Shown piece by piece: positions 16,512-25,108 of a stretch of DNA of 25,108 nt. This DNA is from a virus (Duplodnaviria > Caudoviricetes). The stretch is taken from the IMG/VR virus record IMGVR_UViG_3300020042_001580, positions 1-25,108 of that record, one strand, 5' to 3'. The notes beneath the pieces are model-generated. The model saw only the letters and a list, made by a program, of their open reading frames with translations. It searched no databases and was not told the origin of the DNA. Within the stretch, counting starts at the first letter, position 1, and every line of letters begins with the position of its first letter. The position numbers and the translations under genes are program-made.

Positions 16512-17227
16512 TAAGCACTCCCTGCCCAATTGCCATAGACTGTCCCGCCAACTTGCCAGATCACCACCACGTTTGTTGATGATGCTTCAAGTGTTGGAGA
16601 AGAGCCGGAGCCAGCCGTGTTAATCCAAGTCATCGTAGGCCAAGTTACTGTATATGTAACTGGATTAAGCATCAACACAACTGATTGACCATCAGCCAGC
16701 GACTCAGTAAAAGTAGTGTTAGCACCGAGTGTCTTAGTTTGGATTGTGCCGTTTGCAGGATCAATCGCAGTCCCAGATAACGCATAGACAGTTTCGGTGT
16801 AACCCGTGAATGTTTTGTTAGTCAGTGTCTGTGTTGCTGTAACGCCTACTACATCAGTTAGCGTGTTACTACCGTAAGCAATAGTTTTGTTAGTCAGGGT
16901 TTCTGTTCCTGTAGGAGTAACATAATCCGTTCCCGCAGTAGCCGCAGAGATTGCAGTACCATTTCCTTTAAGAACACCTGTAACGCTTGTACTTACAGTA
17001 ATTGCTGGAGTTGTAGAAGCATCAGCAACCGTACCTGCAAAACCATTTGCAGAAACAACAGACGCAGTTGTAACAGTACCACCGTTAACCCATGTTGGAA
17101 CACTTGCTCCGTTGCTTTTTAAGAATTGTCCTGAGGTACCAGCCGCAGTAAATGCTAAGGTTGTGCCATCACCAACAGCTACTGTACCTGCCGTAGGTGT
17201 ATTACTTCCATTAATAATAATTGCCAT
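16511..17227 (-). CDS. Tail fibre anchor/adaptor-like protein (238 aa), paralogous to 20043-20747
   Basis: Two TLTNKT motifs. The C-terminal domain GYTETV...IDPANGTIQTKTL..NTTFT...TVTWP...PTL...GTVYG aligns by eye with the 234-aa protein. Confidence 0.6.
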   Translation of the reverse strand: MAIIINGSNTPTAGTVAVGDGTTLAFTAAGTSGQFLKSNGASVPTWVNGGTVTTASVVSANGFAGTVADASTTPAITVSTSVTGVLKGNGTAISAATAGTDYVTPTGTETLTNKTIAYGSNTLTDVVGVTATQTLTNKTFTGYTETVYALSGTAIDPANGTIQTKTLGANTTFTESLADGQSVVLMLNPVTYTVTWPTMTWINTAGSGSSPTLEASSTNVVVIWQVGGTVYGNWAGSA

Positions 17228-17238
17228 TTTATTTTCCT

Positions 17239-17550
17239 TTAATAATTAAAGATGATCCATTTTTGACCAGTTGCAACCGTAACTGTAGCACCTGTATTTA
17301 CGGTGATTGGGCCAAATGATTGACCATTAGAACCTGATGCAATTACTTGACTAGTTGATACAGAAGTTTCATTTTGTATGATTGGTCCACCACCTACTGC
17401 TACAGTAGCCCATGATGAATTTGTACCATCTGTTGTTAAATACTTACCTGATTGACTAGTTTGAGAAGGTAACCCACCACCTGAAGCAGTGAGTACACCA
17501 TTAGAGTCTATGTTATCTGCTATCTTAGATAGGTTACGTGGGATGCTCAT
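17239..17550 (-). CDS. Small tail-associated protein (103 aa)
   Basis: Carries the [24 protein letters not shown] fibre motif also found in the 913-aa fibre. Ends in GPITVNTGATVTVATGQKWII. Confidence 0.65.
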   Translation of the reverse strand: MSIPRNLSKIADNIDSNGVLTASGGGLPSQTSQSGKYLTTDGTNSSWATVAVGGGPIIQNETSVSTSQVIASGSNGQSFGPITVNTGATVTVATGQKWIIFNY

Positions 17551-17553
17551 TTA

Positions 17554-18051
17554 TTACTCCGGTTGTGTTGGCCAAATAATAGTCCAAGGAAATCCCTCTT
17601 GTGAAGGGATGTCTCTTAATTCTTGGCAGTAGTCTTTCCACTCTTGTGAAGGAGTCATGTCACTACGAAATCTCCAATCAGTTTCTGCCAACTTAGCGTC
17701 ACGGTTAATACGAACAGACTTAGCATGTTCAGCATCTTTAAATGCCTTATAAGCCGCTTCATTTTCAGCCGCTGTTTTAGCAGGAGATTCACCCATTTCT
17801 TGTGTGTCTGTAAAGATAGGTCCGAGGACATACTTAGTATACCACTTACCTCCTATCTCTTCAACACCAGCTGACTGAGAGTACTGATATACAGTACCCC
17901 CAGTTGCTTGTGGACCCTCAAATACTACATCAGCACCCAGCTCGTTAATGAGATCTTCTGATAGCTGTTGTGGTAAGGATGTGTTAGGGAATAATGTACG
18001 GAATTCACTTTGGTACATTACTTGCCCTGTTGTTTTAATTCTAATTTTCAT
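17554..18051 (-). CDS. Phage tail fibre assembly chaperone (copy 1)
   Basis: RDAKLAETDWRFRSD...WKDYCQELRDIPSQEGFPWTIIWPTQPE signature. RBS AAGGA. Confidence 0.8.
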   Translation of the reverse strand: MKIRIKTTGQVMYQSEFRTLFPNTSLPQQLSEDLINELGADVVFEGPQATGGTVYQYSQSAGVEEIGGKWYTKYVLGPIFTDTQEMGESPAKTAAENEAAYKAFKDAEHAKSVRINRDAKLAETDWRFRSDMTPSQEWKDYCQELRDIPSQEGFPWTIIWPTQPE

Positions 18052-18060
18052 AATTGTTCC

Positions 18061-20034
18061 TTATGCAATTGCTAAGAAGATGTAATTTCCACCACCAAAG
18101 CCGTTCATGATAAAACCATCAGAGGTCACATCAACAAGGTCAGCCGCACCAAATGGAGTGTTTTCAGCACCTGTGCTATTAAGACGCAGATATGGATCGT
18201 TACCCGGCACAAGACCCCTTGCACTGTCAAACACAAACCAATCGTCTGTTCCAGTAGCTGTTGTGCTTTTAATCATAATAAATCGTGGGATAAATCCACA
18301 AACCACTGTTGTTGGTTCAACGTGTGTTACAGAGCCTACTTTGGAAACACCGGGACAAGATGCAAATAGGTAGGCGACATAGGTAGATGCGCTAAAACTT
18401 AAATCGCTACCAACACTTATGTTTGTGGATGTTGGGGTTGTAAGATTCCAAATACCAGAGTTTGCCGTAGTTGAGGCTTGCGTAGTATTGAGTAGTTGAT
18501 ATTTAGCGTTGCCTAAAACTGCTGTATATACAAACCATTCACCATAAGTAGTGCTATTTCTTCGTTTAACAATCATTAACTCAGGCACAACAGTTAAATT
18601 GTGCGCCACAGTCATTGCACTTCCCGTCCCCGTATAGCAAACCACATCACAGAAGCTAGGGGCTCGTTTGAAGTTCCAGTAAATATTATTGCCCGTGTAA
18701 TTATATGATGTAGCAAAAGGTGGATAGCCAAGTGTGTAACCAGTATTTGAGGCAAAAGATGTTAAGTCTCTAGTTGTTGGAGACGCATCGTCTGCATTAG
18801 TAGAACCCGTTGAAAGTGCAACGCCACGGCCACGCATTCGGTCAACAGTAGCTTGATAAGTAAATCCTGTTACTCGGCTTCCACCAATCACAAGGTCAGT
18901 CGTAAATCCTGTTGTTATTGTGTCGTTGGCACCATTGCCAGCTTGTGCAACAGGCGCAAACACACTAGTCCCCACAGTAGGCACTTTCATCGGGCCTCTG
19001 CGGATGGCTATGTAGATGTAGGTTGCCCCTCCAGTTAACTGTAAAGCCGAAAAACCAGTAGATGTAGGGAAACTACACCCACCAGCGTTGGCTTCAGCCC
19101 CAGAAGTATTAGCTCTAAGTCGTTGCTGACCAACATCGCTTCCACTTGTTTCCTGTGCCCTATAACCCCTAAAGGTATCTACCATTATCCAATTTGGGTC
19201 ACTATCAGTGCTGCTGGTTTCCTTAAGCAGAACAAATTGAGGCTCATACCCTAAATTTACTGTTGCCCCACCAGCGTATGCCCCACCCCCCGCATTATCT
19301 GCTGTAAACGACCCACACGAAATCACATTGTCTGTACCAGTTAGACCAAAGCCTCCTGCGTTGCTTGCAAACACATACGCCACATAGGAAAGACCTACTG
19401 TGCCGTTGGTAAAGTATTGTTCATCAATACCAAAGTCAGTTGACGTAGGGTCAGTTGTTCCCCAGCAATTTGGGTTTGATGCTGCGGCGTTAGTACTTCC
19501 AAGTTGAAGCCATGAACTTCTACCTAGTGACCCATGATATGCAAACCATGCTCCAGCACCATCAACTCTTTTGATTACATAAAAGCCCGGAACTGACCCA
19601 AGATTGTGCGGAATTCTTGCATTAGTACTGTTTGTAGTGGTAAAAGTCACAACATCAAAGAACTTTGGTTGCTTGCGGAATGTCCATGAGACGTAAGGAT
19701 ATGTGCTTGCATTTATAGCACTTCCACCTGTGGTTGCTAATGAAAAACCATTTGAATTAAAAGATGTAAGTCTGTCATCAGTTGCAGTTTCAGCATCAGT
19801 TAAATTAGATTGTAGTGCCTTACCAGCGCCTCTTACCGTATCGTATAAATAATGTCCATTACCAAAAGTTCCATCACGGTATTTAATCCACGTAAGCCCA
19901 CCATCACCAGCTAAATCAATGCCGTTAGTGATGGTCTGTGTAGAGCCGTTGCCTGTATAAAGGTATGTGCTAAACACATCTTCAATATAATTAGCACTAG
20001 AAGAAGCTATTTGTGATCCTTGTGAATTAAACAT
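18061..20034 (-). CDS. Multi-repeat tail/receptor-binding protein (657 aa; about six related beta-rich units)
   Basis: Repeated unit [YF]TG.G....I...[LF]..P....K.......W...D..RG....L..N.T.AE.......TS.GF......Y...[AF]. Lies between an anchor gene and a chaperone gene. Confidence 0.65.
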   Translation of the reverse strand: MFNSQGSQIASSSANYIEDVFSTYLYTGNGSTQTITNGIDLAGDGGLTWIKYRDGTFGNGHYLYDTVRGAGKALQSNLTDAETATDDRLTSFNSNGFSLATTGGSAINASTYPYVSWTFRKQPKFFDVVTFTTTNSTNARIPHNLGSVPGFYVIKRVDGAGAWFAYHGSLGRSSWLQLGSTNAAASNPNCWGTTDPTSTDFGIDEQYFTNGTVGLSYVAYVFASNAGGFGLTGTDNVISCGSFTADNAGGGAYAGGATVNLGYEPQFVLLKETSSTDSDPNWIMVDTFRGYRAQETSGSDVGQQRLRANTSGAEANAGGCSFPTSTGFSALQLTGGATYIYIAIRRGPMKVPTVGTSVFAPVAQAGNGANDTITTGFTTDLVIGGSRVTGFTYQATVDRMRGRGVALSTGSTNADDASPTTRDLTSFASNTGYTLGYPPFATSYNYTGNNIYWNFKRAPSFCDVVCYTGTGSAMTVAHNLTVVPELMIVKRRNSTTYGEWFVYTAVLGNAKYQLLNTTQASTTANSGIWNLTTPTSTNISVGSDLSFSASTYVAYLFASCPGVSKVGSVTHVEPTTVVCGFIPRFIMIKSTTATGTDDWFVFDSARGLVPGNDPYLRLNSTGAENTPFGAADLVDVTSDGFIMNGFGGGNYIFLAIA

Positions 20035-20042
20035 ATAAATCC

Positions 20043-20747
20043 TTACAAATAATTTTGACCAGCATTACTGCCCCACCAATATGTTCCATCACCAACAAAA
20101 ACAAATTTGTCACCCTTAGACGCAGTTGCGGTAATAGTAGGTGCTGTTCCTGCTGGCCACTTTACAGAGGCTGGCCAAGTAGCAGTACGTGATCCTGTTG
20201 CGTCTTGCAACAACAACAAAGTGAATCCTTTACCTGCGGTTGCAGTAGGAAATGTAAATGTACAGTTACCTGTTAAAGTTAAAATCTGTAATGAACCATT
20301 AGCTAAGTCAATAGTGTATGCCGTAGAAGTATTAGCCGTTGCTGTTTCTTCTGTATAACCATTACTAAATATACCAGCTTCTATTGTTTTATTTGTCAAT
20401 GTAGCTGAAGCAGAATTCTTAGTTGCATCTGATGTATTATCTACATTGCCTAAACCTACATCACCCTTAACAATACCTGTTGGGGTATTAATTACAGGGG
20501 AAGTAAGTGTTTTATTTGTAAGAGTTGCTGTTGCAGAATTTTTAGTTGCATCTGATGTATTATCTACATTGCCCAAACTAACATCGCCCTTAACAATACC
20601 AGTAGGTGTGTTAATAACAGGGCTTGTTAATGTTTTATTTGTTAATGTATCTGTGCTACTAGGTGTAACGTATCCGTTAAGAACGTCACCACTTTGTAGC
20701 TCTTGTATTGTTGTGCCGTTTAATACTAACGGATATCGTGCTGCCAT
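20043..20747 (-). CDS. Tail fibre anchor/adaptor-like protein (234 aa) with an internal 41-aa tandem duplication
   Basis: TLTNKTLTSPVINTPTGIVKGDV[SG]LGNVDNTSDATKNSA[TS]A occurs twice. The C-terminal domain (IDLANGSLQILTLTGN...QDATGSRTATWP...WPAGTAPT) is paralogous to the 238-aa protein. Confidence 0.65.
   Translation of the reverse strand: MAARYPLVLNGTTIQELQSGDVLNGYVTPSSTDTLTNKTLTSPVINTPTGIVKGDVSLGNVDNTSDATKNSATATLTNKTLTSPVINTPTGIVKGDVGLGNVDNTSDATKNSASATLTNKTIEAGIFSNGYTEETATANTSTAYTIDLANGSLQILTLTGNCTFTFPTATAGKGFTLLLLQDATGSRTATWPASVKWPAGTAPTITATASKGDKFVFVGDGTYWWGSNAGQNYL
20400..20650. repeat. 123-bp tandem direct repeat (2 copies) inside the 234-aa gene
   Basis: agttgcatctgatgtattatctacattgcc is found twice; ctacattgcc starts at 20441 and 20564, a spacing of 123 bp (41 codons). 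Confidence 0.9.
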
Positions 20748-20757
20748 AATATTTTCC

Positions 20758-23499
20758 TTATGATACTGTTACGTTTATGGTTGTGCCACTGAAGTTTAAT
20801 ACTGGTAAAAAACCATTTGCAACTGATATTGCTACAACTGAGCTTGCATTATTCAAAATGTTTAATACAGTTGGAAGTATATTCCATGAAGCAGTAGTTC
20901 CATCTGTCTTTAAAAATTTATTAGCATTACCTGTTTGAGAAGGTAGTGATACAGGAGCTGCTGCCCATGTTCCAGCTGTACCATCTGAAGTAAGTACATA
21001 ACCGTTTGTTCCACCAAGAACTCCATTAGCCGCTACTTGACCTACGTTGATAACGTTGTATACAACTGCTTCAACAATATCGTTTAATGCCGCAGCTGAA
21101 GCAAGAACAAAGGCTGTTCCACTAGATGCAGTATAATCTGTACTATCTAGCAACACACCATTTAAATATACTTGCAACAAGGCTGATGTATAATTTACTG
21201 TAAATGAAGTTTGTCCAGAAGTAGCCGTAAATGTTGTACGTGTATATGTCTGTGTAGGAAGGCTAATAGTAGCCCATGAAGCTACTGTACCGTTTGTTGT
21301 AAGATATTTACCTGATTGACTTGTCTGTGAAGGTAAAGCATCTACTGTAGCCCATGAAGTGTCTGTACCATCTGTCTTAAGATACTTGTTAGCATTACTT
21401 GTTTGACTAGGTGCAAGAGCATTGAATGCTGTGTTAGCAGTTGTTTGTCCTGTGCCACCAGAACCTATTGCAAGAGTACTAGATAATCCTGCAGCTGTTC
21501 CTGTAGTATTTTGGTTCCATGTTGGAACAGTACCTGTTAAACCTGAATAGGCTACGTTAGTTGCAGTAGCTGCATTACCTGTTGTATTCTGGTTTAATGT
21601 AGGAATATCAGAGGCAACAATTGCTCTAAACGTGGGTACACCAGCTGATCCATTAGGAGCCGCTAACACAAAGTTTGCAGTCTTAGATGCATACGGGTTT
21701 TGTGTGTCACCATAACTAGCCGCTAAACTAATTGCAGGAGTTGCTCCACCACTAGATGAAACAGGGGCTGTACCTGTTACTGCTGTAATTATTCCAGAAG
21801 CACCAGTAATAGATCCACCAGTAATATTAACATTATTAGCATTTTGAACAGACATTGTTCCAAGACCACTAATATCAGTATTATCTAATACAATAGCACC
21901 TGTACGACCAGCTACAGAAGTAACTAAGTTAGTCTGGTCAATCTTTTGCCATGCTGTACCGTTAAAAATAGCCCAGTCACCAATGACCCAGTCAGTTACG
22001 CCATCAAGGTTAGTACTACCTGAAACAGATACTACATAGTATGTTCCTTGAGTACCTACACCTGAAACAAGTGTTGGTGTGTTAGTAGATGCGTTCCATG
22101 TACCACCATATATGAGACCACCAGTAAGACTTACCCATTGTGTATCATAGTTAGTACTACTTAACTTAGCAAGAACTTGTCCTGTTGTACCGCCTGTAGC
22201 AAATCCAGGAGTGTTCATCCATGCTGAACCAGTATATACCTTCATGATACTACTAGTTGAATTAAAGTACATAGCTCCTGTTATAAGAGCATTACCATCA
22301 TTATCTACTGTTGGATCACTAGTCTTAGCACCAAGATAGCGGTCATCAAATGAATCATAAGAAGCAGCCGCATTATTTGCACTTGTTAAAGCATTAGCCG
22401 CTTGTGTAGTAGCTATACCAGCTTGTGTAGTAGCAGTAGTTGCGCTAGTAGAAGCATTAGTAGCTTGTGTTGTAGCTATTCCTGCTTGCGTTGTTGCAGT
22501 AGTTGCGCTAGTAGAAGCATTACCAGCTTGCGTAGTAGCTATCCCTGCTTGAGTAGTGGAAATACCTGCCTGTGTTGTTGCAGTGGTTGCACTAGTAGAA
22601 GCATCTCCTGCTTGTGTTGTGGCAATGCCTGCTTGTGTTGTAGCTATTCCTGCTTGAGTAGTTGCTATTCCAGCCTGTGTTGTAGCAGTAGTTGCACTAG
22701 TAGAAGCATTAGTAGCTTGTGTTGTAGCTATCCCTGCTTGAGTTGTAGCAGTAGTTGCACTAGTAGAAGCATTACCTGCTTGTGTAGTTGCAATACCTGC
22801 TTGAGTTGTAGCAATACCTGCTTGTGTTGTTGCAGTAGTTGCACTAGTAGAAGCATTAGTAGCCTGAGTAGTAGCAATACCAGCTTGAGTTGTAGCAATC
22901 CCTGCTTGAGTTGTTGCGGTAGATGCGCTGGTAGCGGCATTAGTAGCTTCTGTAGTAGCAAGCCCCGCTTGTGTAGTTGCAGTAGAGGCACTGTTAGCCG
23001 CATTAGACGCTTGTGTTGTTGCAGTTGTTGCCGCATTAGTTGCAGTAGTAGCAGACGCAGTTGCAGATGATGCACTAGTAGCCGCATTAGTTGCTTGTGC
23101 TGTTGCTATTCCTGCTTGTGTTGTTGCGGTAGCCGCACTTGTAGCAGAATTGGTTGCTTGTGTTGTAGCCGTAGCCGCACTTGTAGCGGCATTAGTTGCT
23201 TGAGTTGTAGCCGTAGACGCACTAGCAGAAGCACCAGATGCGCTTGTAGCCGCATTAGTCGCCTGTGTTGTAGCAACTCCTGCTTGAGTTGTTGCTGTTG
23301 TAGCCGCAGATGTTGCAGTAGAAGCAGAGCTAGCCGCAGCTGTTGCCGAGCTTGCAGCCGCAGTAGCGCTTGCCGCAGCTGCATCCGCTTGAGTAGCCGC
23401 TAGGTTTTCATAACTTGCTGAACTCGTCTCGTCAGTATTGTCATATTCTCCACCTTTTGAGGTATTAGCAGTAGCTCCTGCTGTTGTATTATATGCCAT
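20758..23499 (-). CDS. Long tail fibre / whisker protein with an Ala/Thr heptad stalk (913 aa)
   Basis: Strong RBS AAGGAGG. About 340 aa of [21 protein letters not shown] heptads, then [33 protein letters not shown] and PSQT..GKYLTT.G fibre motifs. Directly follows the adaptor gene. Confidence 0.8.
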   Translation of the reverse strand: MAYNTTAGATANTSKGGEYDNTDETSSASYENLAATQADAAAASATAAASSATAAASSASTATSAATTATTQAGVATTQATNAATSASGASASASTATTQATNAATSAATATTQATNSATSAATATTQAGIATAQATNAATSASSATASATTATNAATTATTQASNAANSASTATTQAGLATTEATNAATSASTATTQAGIATTQAGIATTQATNASTSATTATTQAGIATTQAGIATTQAGNASTSATTATTQAGIATTQATNASTSATTATTQAGIATTQAGIATTQAGIATTQAGDASTSATTATTQAGISTTQAGIATTQAGNASTSATTATTQAGIATTQATNASTSATTATTQAGIATTQAANALTSANNAAASYDSFDDRYLGAKTSDPTVDNDGNALITGAMYFNSTSSIMKVYTGSAWMNTPGFATGGTTGQVLAKLSSTNYDTQWVSLTGGLIYGGTWNASTNTPTLVSGVGTQGTYYVVSVSGSTNLDGVTDWVIGDWAIFNGTAWQKIDQTNLVTSVAGRTGAIVLDNTDISGLGTMSVQNANNVNITGGSITGASGIITAVTGTAPVSSSGGATPAISLAASYGDTQNPYASKTANFVLAAPNGSAGVPTFRAIVASDIPTLNQNTTGNAATATNVAYSGLTGTVPTWNQNTTGTAAGLSSTLAIGSGGTGQTTANTAFNALAPSQTSNANKYLKTDGTDTSWATVDALPSQTSQSGKYLTTNGTVASWATISLPTQTYTRTTFTATSGQTSFTVNYTSALLQVYLNGVLLDSTDYTASSGTAFVLASAAALNDIVEAVVYNVINVGQVAANGVLGGTNGYVLTSDGTAGTWAAAPVSLPSQTGNANKFLKTDGTTASWNILPTVLNILNNASSVVAISVANGFLPVLNFSGTTINVTVS
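22380..23400. repeat. Coding tandem repeat with 21-bp periodicity
   Basis: ctagtagaagcat occurs at 22445, 22508, 22592, 22697, 22760 and 22844. The spacings (63, 84, 105, 63, 84) are all multiples of 21 bp. Confidence 0.9.
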
Positions 23500-23509
23500 T
23501 TATACCTCC

Positions 23510-24424
23510 TTAAATGAGTCCATTTGTATTGAAATTTACCTGTACGTTACCGCCAGAAGATCTACGCCACTTCTCTTCTTTGTTTAATGAGAATACATTC
23601 TCAGCAAATTTCTTTTCATATCGTTGTTCCATTTTATCATCAAATAAATAAGAACCTAAATTGTATAATGCTCCCCATATAAGGAGTCGTTCGTTCTCAT
23701 CTCTTAACCAATTAGATACTTCTTTGCCAATATAGTACTTTGTAGTAACAGGTGTAGCATAAGCAGTTGCAGCCGCAGATGTTGAAAAAACTTCTGTAAC
23801 AGAATTTAATGTAGAAAAGTATAATGGTGTATCTGTATTAACACCAGTAAGAGTTAAGTATGGTTGAGCATTATCAGCCAGACTAACAAGATAGTTAACT
23901 GGAATAACACTGTATGTAGCGTTAAGTGCTGGAAGTCTACGATAATAACTGATTTCTAATATAGCACCAACGGCTAACTGTGGATGAATAAATATTTTAC
24001 CATCTTTCCACATCCAGTTATACACAGAATATTTTTCACTGTATAAATCAAAGAAGGTGCGAGAGTCTGTTATTTCATTAAACACTTTACTTACATTTGA
24101 AGGATAAGTAGAGTATGATGTACCAATGTTGTCTTGTGCTAATGTACGTACATAAGTAAATTGTATTAAATCTTCTGGTATGTCAAAGCAAGTGTAAGCA
24201 TTACCATATGGAAGTCCAGCACTACCGTCTCCCACATTATCACCTGCTTCAACAGTATATGTAACAGTAGCCTCAAGTGGAGGAATACGTAGTGTGCGAT
24301 AGCACTCATCAGCAGAATAACCTAGGCAATCTTCTATGACGCTATCTGGAATAGTATTTACTTCGGGTTTGTTTGACCAATCTCGTACTTTGTCTACGAG
24401 TGCATCATATAAAGGTGTTGACAT
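23510..24424 (-). CDS. Head-to-tail adaptor protein (podovirus adaptor-like; 304 aa)
   Basis: Motif pattern YDALVDKVRDW...AD..Y.TLRIP.LE...P.D...YYRRLPAL...NWL......LL.WGAL. Located upstream of the fibre genes. RBS AGGAG. Confidence 0.65.
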   Translation of the reverse strand: MSTPLYDALVDKVRDWSNKPEVNTIPDSVIEDCLGYSADECYRTLRIPPLEATVTYTVEAGDNVGDGSAGLPYGNAYTCFDIPEDLIQFTYVRTLAQDNIGTSYSTYPSNVSKVFNEITDSRTFFDLYSEKYSVYNWMWKDGKIFIHPQLAVGAILEISYYRRLPALNATYSVIPVNYLVSLADNAQPYLTLTGVNTDTPLYFSTLNSVTEVFSTSAAATAYATPVTTKYYIGKEVSNWLRDENERLLIWGALYNLGSYLFDDKMEQRYEKKFAENVFSLNKEEKWRRSSGGNVQVNFNTNGLI

Positions 24425-24443
24425 AGATTATTCTCCTGTAAAA

Positions 24444-24767
24444 TCAGAGCGCCCTTACATTACTTGTTTTAAGTAAAGGATAGTCTGTTTCAATAATTTG
24501 TTTTAATCGTCTTAGGTTTGCAGGTTCATGCATAAATGTATCTGAGTGAATATCAAGACCATACTTAGTCAAGATATCAATAGCTACAATATCAGGGATA
24601 ATTGCAAATGAACGGTATGTCCGACCGTTGGCGGCAAATGAATCTAATTCTCTTTGTTGTGCGGCATAATCTTTATATGCACTTACATCTTGTACTAGTT
24701 GAAAATCTTTTTCATCAGTCTTAACTTGGAAACTATTTTTGTTTCCGTCTTGTGATAGAAAGCCCAT
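24444..24767 (-). CDS. Conserved phage hypothetical protein (107 aa)
   Basis: QDVSAYKDYA...RSFAIIPDIVAIDILTKYG resembles small proteins encoded between the capsid and adaptor genes. RBS GAGGA. Confidence 0.7.
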   Translation of the reverse strand: MGFLSQDGNKNSFQVKTDEKDFQLVQDVSAYKDYAAQQRELDSFAANGRTYRSFAIIPDIVAIDILTKYGLDIHSDTFMHEPANLRRLKQIIETDYPLLKTSNVRAL

Positions 24768-24779
24768 GTGTCCTCTTTT

Positions 24780-25067
24780 TTAATTAGTCATATAATTGCT
24801 GAAAGCACCGTCATTGGTGAAACAACCATATTCATATTTTGTATTAGCACCTGTAAAAGCGGGTGTAGCCGCAACCACAATAGCTCCAGCTGTCGCATTA
24901 GCACCATCATAATATTTTACCTGAGTAATCTTGCCACGAATAACGTTTGGTGCGGCATAGTCTGAACCAGCATCAAGTGTGTCTGCAGATGTAGCAACAT
25001 TTACTACATGATTATCAGGAATATATTGACGAGTACCATCTGTAGCGGTAATCCGTAGAAATTCCAT
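24780..25067 (-). CDS. Hypothetical protein (95 aa), possible capsid-associated/decoration protein
   Basis: RBS AAGGA and codon usage like neighbouring genes. Function inferred only from position. Confidence 0.6.
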   Translation of the reverse strand: MEFLRITATDGTRQYIPDNHVVNVATSADTLDAGSDYAAPNVIRGKITQVKYYDGANATAGAIVVAATPAFTGANTKYEYGCFTNDGAFSNYMTN

Positions 25068-25087
25068 TTGTGTTCCTTTTGATAAAT

Positions 25088-25108
25088 AAAAAAGGGAAGC
25101 AAGGTTTC
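25088..25108 (-). terminator. 3' half of a probable intrinsic terminator (truncated by the window edge)
   Basis: The minus strand reads GAAA-CCTTGCTTCCC-TTTTTT: a possible GNRA loop, a GC-rich 3' arm and a U-tract. The 5' arm would lie outside the window. Confidence 0.5.

Noticed and set aside
16490-16530. Programmed frameshift fusing the 238-aa anchor to the LamG protein
   Set aside because: No clear slippery heptamer before the stop. The TAATG overlap is explained by translational coupling.
14487-20034. Diversity-generating retroelement or invertase shufflon acting on the binder genes
   Set aside because: No reverse transcriptase or recombinase gene, no adenine-specific TR/VR pair and no inverted cassettes seen in this window.
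22440-22860. Recurrent ctagtagaagcat as a possible CRISPR array
   Set aside because: The intervening sequences are themselves repeats, the spacings are multiples of 21 bp, the array is in frame within a CDS, and no cas genes are present.
22402-23403. Cys/Ser-rich + strand ORFs and Leu/Gln-rich alternative-frame ORFs over the fibre repeat
   Set aside because: Shadow frames produced by the stop-poor 21-bp repeat, with no RBS or independent signal.
2871-24965. Short + strand ORFs and nested - strand ORFs in the track (for example 2871-3083, 3865-4110, 6437-6640, 9306-9527, 18107-18373, 20446-20763, 24768-24965)
   Set aside because: Antisense or nested within well-supported genes, mostly with non-ATG starts and no recognisable motifs.
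1-25108. Alternative genetic code (stop-codon reassignment)
   Set aside because: Genes tile the window almost without gaps under the standard code, and no fragmented genes are seen.

Overview
AT-rich, densely packed virion-structure and lysis region of a tailed phage with podovirus-like gene order. Every credible gene is on the - strand and intergenic space is minimal. In transcription order (right to left): a partial terminator, two small proteins, a head-tail adaptor, and a long Ala/Thr heptad-repeat fibre. Next come two paralogous modules of [anchor protein + multi-domain receptor-binding protein + fibre chaperone], then a translationally coupled six-gene membrane/lysis cluster (four small membrane proteins, a 3TM-type holin and a GH24 lysozyme). 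These are followed by a tail hub/nozzle protein, a tail spike/needle-like protein with a third chaperone, a GNAT-like protein and four probable internal-virion (ejection) proteins. The ORF track missed three genes: a >1040-aa ORF running off the left edge (start 3134) and two small ORFs of 49 aa and 47 aa in the lysis cluster. Highlights: (1) a staphylococcal-nuclease-like domain at the N-terminus of the largest ejection protein; (2) a lysis cluster with no evident spanin that contains a cationic Trp/Cys beta-hairpin-like peptide; (3) receptor-binding genes built from AT-rich variable domains between GC-richer linkers, suggesting cassette shuffling; (4) a short aromatic-x-x-G-T motif and a tape-measure-like motif in the ejection proteins. 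All functional calls come from motif recognition by eye; no database searches were run.
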